Source: Octopus vulgaris (lineage: Eukaryota). From it: a stretch of 64,000 nt of DNA. Below the pieces are notes generated by a model. The model saw only the letters and a list, made by a program, of their open reading frames with translations. It was not told the DNA's origin and did not search any database. Where the stretch lies: positions 93,744,001 through 93,808,000 of the forward strand of contig OX597822.1 in assembly GCA_951406725.2 (NCBI GenBank), in the 5' to 3' direction. Of the stretch, positions 11,905-23,287 are shown in pieces. Each line of letters opens with the position of its first letter. Positions within the stretch are counted from its first letter, which is position 1. Made by a program: the position numbers and the translations under genes.

Positions 11905-11965
11905 TTATCGCTGATGAGGAGAAAATTCTTATGAATTAACTCTGAAATTGGGACCAATACGGTAA
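11905..11965 (+). ncRNA. type I hammerhead ribozyme motif (canonical core)
   Basis: Stem I TTATCG/CGGTAA. CTGATGA. Stem II GGAG...CTCT with inner AATTC/GAATT. GAAA. Stem III ATTGG-GA-CCAAT. Cleavage triplet ATA. Confidence 0.8.
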
Positions 11966-13061
11966 TAACAGATTTTTTAGAAATTTCTATCTACTTGTTT
12001 CAAGATGCATTAATTAAAATGGTTATTGACAATTTTGTCTTTTTTTTCGGCATATTTGGCATTAGAATTTTTCTTTTGCCCTTATTTTATAAGTTATATA
12101 TATATATGAAGGTCTTTCAGTTTCTGTTCACCATATTCATTCACAAGACCTTAATTGTCCTGGGGTTATAGTTGAAAATATTTGCACATGATGCTGCACA
12201 GTGGGACTGAACCCAAGACCACATGATTGGGAAGCAAGCTTCTTAACCACACAGCCATGCCTACACTTTTATTAGAATGTATTTAGCTGTTGATAGTTAT
12301 GATAGTTGTGGTAGTTTTATATTACTTCCTTAATGCAATTCAACAATCATTAGTCTTTTTACTTTAATCTTTATTTCTTTTATGCTTTTCTTCTGTTTTT
12401 CTTGATTTCTCCCACTGAGTGAGCTTGACTGAGTCAATTTATTTCTTGACAGCTGGAATATTAATGAAATAATTAAATTTGTAGATAATGAATAACACAG
12501 TCTTGTGTGAGTAATTATAGTAAAGCTTGAATAATTAACTGGAGATTACTATTTTAGAAGTATTTCTTGTTTTGGTTTGCATTTATTATTGTATATAACA
12601 AAAAATAAAGAACAACAAAAAAAAAAAATGGAAAAAAAAGAAGATATGTTCAACCATTTCTGAGAAGGTAAGAAGCTTGTTTTCAAAACCACATGGTTCT
12701 GAGTTCAGTCCTACAGCATGGCACCTTGGGCAAGTGTCTTTTACTATCCCCTTAAGCTAACCAAAGCTTTGTGAGTAGATTTGGTAGGCAGAAACTGAAA
12801 GAAGCCTAAGGTGGTGAGCTGGCAGAAATGTTAGCATGCCGGGTGACATGCTTAGCAGCATTTCGTCTGCTGTTACGTTCTGGGTTCAAATTCTGCGGAG
12901 GTCGAGTTTGCGTTTCATCCTTTCGGGGTCGATAAATTAAGTACCAGTTACACATTGGGGTCAATATAATTGACTTAATACCTTTGTCTGTCCTTGTTTG
13001 TCCCCTCTGTGTTTAGCCCCTTGTGGGCAATAAAGAAATAAGAAACTGAAAGAAGCCTATC

Positions 13062-13095
<34 letters not shown>

Positions 13096-16059
13096 ACTCT
13101 TGTTTGGACATCATATGATAATTGTAAATGAGCATCACTACTATACAAGTGAGGTTGTTTGTTTCCTGTCTTCCATGGCAAAGTATTACCTTGTTTGAAG
13201 GTTGACCACAGGAAGAGCATCCAACCTCAATGAATTTCATCTGACTCATGCAAGCATGGAAAAGTGGACATTAATCATTAGTGCTGGTTGTAGTGGCATT
13301 GTCACCGTCTGATTTGATATATTCTAGTCCTGAATGGCAGCCTGAGGGGAAAAGAGTAGTAGGGCACTCTAAAACCACATAGTGAAGGACCATTGACAAG
13401 GAAAGGAGATAGAAAGGGTAGAAAAGCTGGAATGAGACCAGAACAGTGGCAGAAAACTGAGCTGGTTGGAGAGTTCATGTTGGGGCCCTATGTGCCTCAT
13501 GGCATGGAGAGAACTTCTTGAAATTTGCAAAAATATACCTAATGCCCATCCCCTACTTTTTTTTGAAGACCTATTCACTGTTTACTTCCTAAACATATTC
13601 TATGTACTGTTTATGCAGTTTTGGCTACTTTTTCTGATAAGTTGTAGTGCACCTGAGCAATCAACATCAATGGAAATTGTAGCTGTGATACCAGTGCCGG
13701 TGGCATGTAAGAGAACCATCCAAACATGGCTGTTACCAGCGCCGCCCCAACTGGCCTCCGTGTCGGTGGCACGTAAAAAGCACCATCCGATTGTGGCCGT
13801 TACCAGCTTCATCTGGCCCCCGTGCCAGTGGCACGTAAAAAGCACCATCCGATCATGGCCGTTTGCCAGCCTCGTCTGGCCCCCGTACTGATGGCATGTA
13901 AAAAACACCATCCGATCGTGGCCGTTTGCCAGCCTCGTCTGGCACCTGTGCAGGTGACACGTAAAAAGCACCCACTACACTCACCGAGTGGTTGGCGTTA
14001 GGAAGGGCATCCATCTGTAGAAACACTGCCAGATCAGACTGGAGCCTGGTGCAGCCTTCTGGCTTCCCAGACCCCAGTTGAACCATCCAACCCATGCTAG
14101 CATGGAAAACGGACGTTAAACGATAATGATAAATATATTACCATCATCATTATCATTATTTAATGTCCGTTTTCCATTTGACAAGATCTGATGAACTGCA
14201 GGACTGCATTGAGCTCCAGTGTCAGCTTTGGTGTAGTTTCTACAACAGTATACTCTTCCTGACATCAACTGCTTTACAGTTTGTATTGGCTGTTTTCTTT
14301 TGTGTCAGTGGCACTAGTGAGGGTCAGGTAGTTTTTTGGGGGGCCAGCTATTGTATTGCTGAAGTATGATTGAGGCACAAGCACAAGTGTTTTGCTATTG
14401 AGGAGATGCATGAGTTTTTGCTTTATATAAGAGTCTGGTGAGTAGCTAACAAAGAAGATTATGATGATTGCGATGAAGTGTCAGAGCAAACTATCAAGGC
14501 ACAAGAAGGTGAGAGTAAGAGAGAATATGAACAGTGGATCTGCAGGGAAGGAGAGGGTGGGTAGTTTCATAAGTGTGTGAGAGGAGGTTAACAGATGATT
14601 AGAGCTGGGGGGTAGAAATGAATGGAGTGAGTTAGGAATAAAGGTAGAGATGAAGTTGATAGGAAATATCAGTATGGAAACTGGAGTGAAGGTGAGAGAG
14701 ATAGCAGTGGTTCAAGAAGGGAGATAAATCAGAAAGTAGAGGGATAGTATGCAATGTGTAAGAGTGGAAGGGTGGGAGAAGTTCAGTGACAGAAATGAAG
14801 ATCAGAGGTACATAAGAGGGCTATAGAGTTTGTTTGAGAAGTTCATTTCCCAGCAATGTGATCTTGGTTCAGTCCCACTGCGTGGCATCTACTATAGCTT
14901 TGTGCTGAACAAAGCCTTGTGAGTGGATTTGGTAGATGGAAACTAGAAGAAGGCCACCAAACACACACACACACACGTGGAAGCATGACTTTGACTGAGA
15001 CCTTTGGTGGTATGCTGTGCTTCAGTGAGCACAGCATACCACCAAGCTGGCAGAAATGTTAGCATGCTGGGTGAAATGCTTAGCGGTATATCGTCTGCGT
15101 TACGTTCTGAGTTCAAATTTTGCCGAGGTTGACTTTGCCTTTCATCCTTTCGGAGTCGATAAATTAAGTACCAGTTATGCACTAGGGTCGATGTAATCGA
15201 CTTAATCCATTTGTTTGTCCTCTCTGTGTTTAGCCCTTTGTGGGTAGTAAAGAAATAGGTATACAGTGCTTGAGAAGACCTGTCAAGCCAAGTGAAATCG
15301 TAGTCGTGGCTGATGCCGGTGTCATTGTAACTGGCACGCATTCCAGTGGCACATAAAATGTGCCTTTTGAGCATTGGCCCTCATGGAGGCAGTGTGGCCA
15401 ATGCTGGCGTCACATAACTAGCACCCATGCTGGTAGCACATAAAAAGCACTTTTGAGCATTGGCCCTCGTAGAGGCAATGACAAATGACCAAGACTTTTA
15501 GCAATATGTGGTACTTAAATAGAAGACTCATCAAGCCAACTGAAATTGTAGTCATGGCAGATACTGATGTCATGCTACTGGTACTTGTGGAAATGACATG
15601 TAAAATCACCCATTACACTCTCTGAGGAAGGGTATCCAGCTGTAGAAACCATGCTAAATCAGACTGGTATTTGGTGCAGCCCTTTAGCTTATTAGCCCTG
15701 GTCAAATTGTGCAATCCATGCGAGCATGGACAATGGACGTTAAATGATGGTAATGATGATGATATATCTATCTATCTATATATATATATATAATTAAAGT
15801 CAAAATGAGGGTGAAAAAAATTGGATATTAATTTAATAACATCAATTTAAACACCAGTGGCCTAGCATATATAAGACTGAGATTCAGTAAATATTATTAA
15901 TACACAACTATGAGAGAGAATCCACTATGTGGACGCTCTTACGCTAGATATAGATCCGCAAAGGGACTCAACCACTAAGAATTGTTCTCAAGAAATAATT
16001 TGGCACACTAAGAACGTAAGCGAGCAGGACAAATGAAAAATAACAAAAATATAGATTAA

Positions 16060-16133
16060 CCCCATACAATTGTTTCACCGTTAATAAATTATGGAATTTT
16101 ACTTACATAAATATCCTCGGCTCATCGGTGGAG
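16060..16133 (-). ncRNA. type I minimal hammerhead motif (U4C core)
   Basis: Minus strand reads CTCCA-CCGATGA-GCCG...CGGT-GAAAC-AATT-GTA-TGGGG, with palindromic stem III ACAATTGT. Confidence 0.7.
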
Positions 16134-16804
16134 TACGTCATAAAATATAATTTGTCAATCTGCACGCTATATATTAACACGAGGTCAGAGACAGTGTGCC
16201 AAATTATTTCTTGAGAACAATTCTTAGTGGTTGAGTCCCTTTGCGGATCTATATCTAGTGTAAGAGCATCCACATAGTGGATTCTCTCTCATAGTTGTGT
16301 ATTAATTATATATATATCATTACCAGCATCGCCTTACTGGCACCTGTGCTGGTGGCATGTGTAAAAAGATTCGAGCGAGGTCATTGCCAGTACCACTCGA
16401 CTGGCCCTCGTGCCGGTGGCACATAAAAGAACCCACTACACTCTCAGAGTGGTTGGCGTTAGGAAGGGCATCCAGCTGTAGAAACTCTGGCAGATCAGAT
16501 TGGAGTCTGGTGCAGCCATCTGGTTTGCCAGACCTCAGTCAAATCGTCCAATCCATGCTAGCATGGGAAGCGAACGTTAAACGGTGATGATGATGATGAT
16601 GTATGTATGTATATATATAAAATATATATGTATATATATATAAAATATATATATGTGTATATATATACCCTCCCTCCTCCTTCTTCCCTTCTTTCCTGAG
16701 CGTCCAATAATACTTTATTTGTTCCACATCCTTGCGTTGTTGTATTTTTGTTTTCTTGTTTGGATTAACTTATATATATATTTATATATATATATATATA
16801 TGTA

Positions 16805-16842
16805 TCTTTCTGTCGAAGAGCGTAGGCTCGAAACGTAAAAGA
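16805..16842 (+). ncRNA. type I minimal hammerhead motif (A6U core)
   Basis: TCTTT-CTGTCGA-A-GAGC(GTAG)GCTC-GAAAC-GTA-AAAGA. Related copies at 23099-23136 (+) and 41917-41954 (-). Confidence 0.68.
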
Positions 16843-16938
16843 CTTGTTCTATTTCTATTCCTGAGTGCCATACTAATACATTTGTTTGTTTGTACTCCAC
16901 CTGCCTTCGTCTTTTGTTTATTTTCGTAAACCTTCCCG

Positions 16939-17004
<66 letters not shown>

Positions 17005-17005
17005 A

Positions 17006-17039
<34 letters not shown>

Positions 17040-17730
17040 TTGCCATTTTGCAAAAATGTCGTAAGTCCAAAATGTTGCATTTTCAGAAAGCAAGAAAATA
17101 GTTTCGCCATTCCATTTCTTTTTACACTAGTAACAGTTTCAGCTTAATGATAATACTTTGTAGGCTGCCTAAAATCATAACTCCATGCATGTATGATATT
17201 TTCAGTCAGAAATATTTTTGCAAAACTGTCATACGTGGGACTTACTACACTTTTGAAAAATGCAAAACCATTGTACTACACTTTGACAATTTTCATCTGA
17301 AGCAGCTGCAGATACAATAGTTTGACCAAAAGAACTGGCTCTTGCAAGCAAAATTATATATTGAAAAAAACGCATTTTGTCAAATTTGGATATATGACAG
17401 TTTAACATAATAGCAATGATATATATATATATGAAATTTAATAAGGGTAGAAATTGATATTAATCAATTAAAACTAGTGGCCTAGCATATTAAAAAAATC
17501 TGAAGATTAAAATATTTTTACATACAAAATTTAAAGGACTGACCACTAAAAGTGGATGGTCAACATGCTAGATATAGATGGCAAAATGCTTTGGTTTGTG
17601 CTGAGCTTTTCATTTGAGAACACATTCTTTGTGGAAAATAGCGATTTTGACGTCTATATCTAGCATTTTGACCGTCCACTTTTAGTGGTCAGTCTTTTAA
17701 ATTTTGTATATATATATATATATATATATT

Positions 17731-20586
17731 GAAATAGATAAATGAATTATCTTGTTAAGGATTATTCAAAATTTAACCGATACCTGGGTAGCAAAAATCA
17801 CAACAGAAAAAACACGGTTGAAGTTACGACCTTGGGGTGTCGCAACCGTGCCTTAGCGCGGATAATTGAAGTTTAATATATTTAGTGAAGGGAAGAAATG
17901 GAGCTGAACGAAGATTCTACAGAATTCCTTTTATTATTTTCTACACATGTTTCAAAGGCCGCAAATTTCCAAATTCGGATTGAATAAGGAGACCATTTTG
18001 CAGCATTCTCTTCAGGAAAATCCAGGAATTTAAAAATCCAAAACAAATGCGCAGCAAGGTATTCGAACAAAACGCTCCTTAGGAGCCCATGAAAAAGCAC
18101 AAAACTGTCTCTCAATGTGCGTTGACGTCAGGGGGGGGGGGGTGGAGGCCGACGAAAAAGTCCGTTGGAATAAATCAAGGTCAGACTGCGGTCAAACCTG
18201 GTAGTGGAAGAAATACTGAAAACCAAAGGGTGTGAATATATTCTGTATAACTAATGTTAATGTTCGGATTGTTTTAAGAATTAAGGCTATCTTATATAGG
18301 TGTGGGACCCTACCTACATGTATGTGTGTGCGCGCCTGTGTATGTGTGGGAGTCTGTCAGGCAGCGGGTAGAGGGAAAGAGAACTGCTGATTTTGTTGGT
18401 CAGGCAGCTGATAGAAGCCCGTGTCTGTGTGTCCGTCTGTGGTCAGCTTGTAAACAGATGACTTGTCAAATCAAGGAGAATATAATTCCTGATATTGCTT
18501 CTAAAAAAGTAGCAGACCATTCGCTAAAGGGGAGTAATTTCCCCTTGCAAATTTAATTCAAAGATTTTTTCAAAAATTTTCCCAAAAATTTTTTTAAAAT
18601 TTTTTCCTCTCTTAGGACATCAAGGGGTTAATTATCTTAGGTTTCAATTGTATGCAAGAAATGTGTGTCGGCGCCAATGGGGACATCTGAAAGAATTTTG
18701 CAAAATCCCGTTAACTAGGTGCCCTCGGGTGAATAAAATGTGAAAAAGCTCAGAGTTGCAGAGATTACAAATTCTTTTGCCTCTATCAAATGGTAGAGGC
18801 ACCGATAAAATCGACCATTCCAGTCTAAATGCTGAATTCGCGTTCTTTAAACGCCAGATCAATTTACTAAGTCCTGTCGCGTGATGTTTCTTAAAATCGC
18901 GAAATGTTGTGAAGTGGTTCGATATTCTCACGGCCAATTTTGATGATGAAGCTCCTATATACGAGTAGACATCTGATTCAGTGTAAATTCTGCATTGGTA
19001 AATGGCATTTCTAATCTTGGAATTACTAGATAAGAACCTTATTCTATTGGGATTAGCTTCCGATATTAATACGGCGTTCTTATTACTATAATGATTGTGA
19101 GAACTGCGGCTGTCTTCGACATTATACACCCCATTATCAATACTATTTAATGGAATAACACCTGTATATTCCCTGTCACTGAGATCGCTGTGATCGCTAA
19201 TGTCCGTGATCCTACTGTGGTCTAAATCGCTGCTAAAGGTGTTATTAGGACTCTCTACATTAATGACTTGGACAGTGCTCTCATCCCTATTACTATTACT
19301 AACGTTAGTGTCGTCAACATTGCTCCTATCCATATTCCTATTATTAACTCCATGGCTAGTATGGAGATTGCTAATCTCTGTGCCGGTTCTATTATCACTA
19401 TTACTATTATTATTACTGTTCGTTATTCTTGCATTATACGGAGCTGCGTCTCCGGACGAGGGTGATAGGGTCTTATTTAGCAGCTTATTGTTATGGGAGG
19501 AAATTATCTGGGAGAGATTTTTTGTGTTTGAGAAGGCTATCCTAACTTTGTGTGAGTTAACAGTAGCGTAATATCTGGAATTTCTGGGAAAATTACTGGC
19601 AATGGCTTGGCGAAACTGCAGGGATTAGATTAGATCTTATTTGTTTACCAAAGGGAATTACAAACCAAATGTATTTATTCCTGTTTTTGTAATGGGTCGG
19701 GGAGTCAACTCTGACATTAAGGTGGGTATTTCTAGGCTGAATAATAGGTTTTGGCTTACTATGGCCTCCCCTGGACCGCAAATTATTTATGTTACCTAAA
19801 TTTATTCTAGATGTACCTGTTCCGACATTCCTCGGGCTATCATCACTACTTAAATTATTTATGTTATTGTAGCCGGCCCTATCCCGATGACAGAATGCTG
19901 GCATCGGAAGGGCAGGATCTATATATACAACCTTCTCCCTATAACCGGCTTTAGACAGGGCGGCATTATAAAATTCCTCTTTCTGCCTAAAAATGTCGAC
20001 ACTAGCAGACAAATTGGTCAATCTTTGAGAAATATTTTTAACCAAATTGTCTGTTATAGTTTTAGCATGATTCGAGAAGACACTGACATACTTTAAGTTA
20101 GTGGAAGGCTTGTGGTAAGGGCAGTAAGAATCGCTATGGAGGTTTAGTGTGACATCTAAGAAATTAGCCTTAGTTAGTTCGTTATCAAAAACTATACTCA
20201 TGCCCATCCTATTAAAGAACCTAGCTAACCTGTTTTTAGTTTTCTGAACGATTCTGTTCATGGTGTTTTGAAGGTAAAACAGACAATCGTCACGATATAG
20301 GCCGCCCCCGATTTCCGGGAACTGGTCGGATAATTCGTAGAGAATATATATCCCGACCAAGTCGGCAATCTGCACGCTATCTGAACTACCCATAGGCACA
20401 TCGAACTCGTTGGGGGTATCTTTACAAACCCACAACTTATTATCAAACTTTATAAAAGATTTTCTGGCGACCAGGATTATATCAATTTCTTCTCTAGTGA
20501 GGCCTGCCTTATTGTGTGCATGCCACAGGGCCTTATTAAGTACACTAGGGTTAATTGAGGGGTAGAAACTAGCAATATCGAACTGA
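17731..20586 (-). mobile_element. 5'-truncated Penelope-like retroelement (RT + C-terminal GIY-YIG endonuclease) inserted in (TA)n
   Basis: RT motifs QFDIASFYPSI, PMGS, GLYRDD, FLDVTL, YHKP. One frameshift near 19620, then an open frame to AIYQCRI...YIGAS...RISNH...CNLC...CPH and stop at 18644. (TA)n at both ends. Confidence 0.92.
17936..18021 (-). ncRNA. hammerhead ribozyme in the 3' region (pseudo-LTR) of the Penelope-like element
   Basis: Minus strand reads ATTTTC-CTGAAGA-GAATGCTGCAAA...TTTGCGGCCTTT-GAAAC-ATGT-GTA-GAAAAT. Perfect 6-bp stem I and palindromic ACATGT in stem III. Same strand as the RT. Confidence 0.85.
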
Positions 20587-20682
20587 ATATATATATATAT
20601 ATATATTAAAAATGTGACCATGTGTGTACCGTTGGCAATTTTTTTCCTCCGTCTTCCCTTCTTTGGATCTTTCCTTTTCCTA

Positions 20683-20719
20683 TGTTTCTGATGAAGAGCT
20701 CCGCTCGAAACGTTAAATC
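20683..20719 (+). ncRNA. type I minimal hammerhead motif in a (TA)n-flanked element (20612-20820)
   Basis: TGTTT-CTGATGA-A-GAGC(TCC)GCTC-GAAAC-GTT-AAAT. The sister copy at 38333-38369 (-) has a perfect TGTTT/AAACA stem I but a mutated core. Confidence 0.72.
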
Positions 20720-23229
20720 CTCCTTCTTTCCTTCCTTTCCTGAGCGTCCAATACACTATACTTGTTCCACGTCATTGCGCTGTTGTGTTTTCTCTTTGTG
20801 TTTTCATGTTTGGATTAACTATATATATATATATATCAAAATCAAAATCAAATCAAAACAAATCAAAATAGATGAACATCAATGGAATTTGTATCTTTGT
20901 GGTACCAGTGCCGGTGGCACACAAGAAAACCATCCGAAAGTACCACATCGACTGGCCTCCGTGCTGTGGGCACGTAACAAACACCATCCGATCGTGGCCG
21001 TTCGCCAGCCTCATCTGGCACCTGTGTCGGTGGCACATAAAAACACCATCCGAGCGTGGCTGTCTGCCAGCCTCGTCTGGAACCTGTGTCGGTGGCACAT
21101 AAAAAACACCATCCGAGCGTGGCCGTTCGCCAGCCTCGTCTGGCACCTGTGTCGATGGCACATAAAATCACCCACTACACTCTCGGAGTGGTTGGCGTTA
21201 GGAAGGGCATTCAGCTGTAGAAACACTGCCAGATCTGACTGGCCTGGTGCAGCCTTTGGGCTCCCCAGACCCCAGTTGAACCGTCCAACCCATGCTAGCA
21301 TGGAAAGCGGACGTTAAATGATGATGATGATGATGATATATATATATAATCAATTCAAGAAATGAAGAAAAAAAACATGATAATGTCGCACATGCCAAGT
21401 ATTAATGAAATTCTCAGAGAAGGTAAAGAATATAACTGTGTGGGTGTGTGTGTATTTGTTTCTTTTTGCATCTGATGTTATTATTGATCACTAATAATGA
21501 AGCTGTGTCCCATAATTTGTTGCATTTCTATACACATACCGAGAAGAAAACTAGTGGGACAGACATAATTTTAAGGAGCTACATTTTGTATCTACCCTGT
21601 TGGATACTCCTAAACAAGTTGTGAGGGATTGATGCTAGATGCGCCAAAGCAATTGTTGTGATCATGATTGAATATATGTGTAATAACAATTATGTCATAC
21701 GTTAAAAAAAACAAAAACTTACTGAAACAGGTGACGTAAGTTTATATAATATGCACAATGGAAGACAGTATATGCATGATATGGGTTGGACTAGAAAAGT
21801 GAGTTTTATTTGAGTAACTCTATTGTAAAAATATTTTATGTGGCCTTCCTTTTTGTCTGGGCTTTTGTGATATCTTATTTGTGTGTGAGTGTTTTGGTTT
21901 TTTTTTCTGATAGAAACACGTGAACACACTCATGTATACATTCACATATACTGTATCGGCATAAAGTGAATAAAAATTTCCTTAATGATCGTAGACACAT
22001 GCATAAGCATACATAATTCCATGTGTCACCTTAGGCAAGCGTCTTCTAATATAGCTCTGGGTCAACCAAAACCTTATGAGTGGATTTGGTAGATGGAAGT
22101 CGAAAGAAGCCTGTCACGTGTGTGTGTGTGTATGTATATCTATATGTGTGTGTATATCTGTGTGTGTATCTATGTTTGTGTATGTATATCTATATGTGTG
22201 CGTATATCTGTGTGTGTATATGTGTGTGTTTGTCTTTGTATATGTGTTTGACCAACACTATCACTTGACAACTGGTGTTGGTTTGTTTATGTCTCCATAA
22301 CTTAGCAGTTTGGCAAAATGAGACTGATAGAGTAAGTACCTGGCTTAAGAAAAATGTACTGGCGCTGAATTTTTTCTTTTACTAACTCCCTTCAAAGTGG
22401 TGTCCTTGCATGGCTGCAGTCGAATGACTGAAACCAGTAAAAAACACAAGTATATATATATATATAATTCAGTGTACATCTAAACACATTAAGAGGTTTC
22501 CATCATAGGACTCCCTTACACTACAAAGAACAGCTAAAGTCCAAACCACTAATTAGGGATAAATTCTCGAAGGGAATGAAAAATAAAAACATTTACCATC
22601 TATTTCCTGGACCATGGTTTCTGACTTTTTTTTAGCAAATAAAATAATTTGCTATTGACTAATTTTTCTATGCGCTAGGCCACTGGTAGTAAAAATTTCT
22701 AAAATCTTTATTACCCTGACATTATTAATTAATTCATGCTAACATGGAAAGCGGACGCTAAAATGATGTTGATGATATATATATATAATATTTATATTTA
22801 TATATATTTATATTTATATATATACTCACACACACATACATGCTGTGTCATATGCATACATAGTTGGCATGGTTTTGTGGCAAGAACTTTACTGCCCACC
22901 TACAAGGTTCCTAGTTTTGGGTCCGGTATCACAGTGTGACATCTTGAGTAAGTGCTCTGGGCTGACCAAAGCCTTATGAGTAGTTTGGTAGACAGAAACT
23001 GAAAGAAGCCCATTGTATATATATAGCCATGATGGACCGTTAGCTCCTACACGAATTTTTTTCTCTCCTTGTTTCTCTCCTTGTTTCTTTTTTGTGTATC
23101 TTTCTGTCAAAGAGCATAGGCTCGAAACGTAAAAGACTTGTTCTATTTCTATTCCTGAGCGCCATACTAATACATTTGTTTGTTTGTACTCCACCTGCCT
23201 TCGTCTTTTTATTTTCGTAAACCTTCTCG

Positions 23230-23287
<58 letters not shown>

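Noticed and set aside
20587-20756. N-terminal 56 aa of the 387-aa PLE ORF
   Set aside because: Chance read-through of a (TA)n tract and an unrelated repeat. RT homology starts at QFDIASF.
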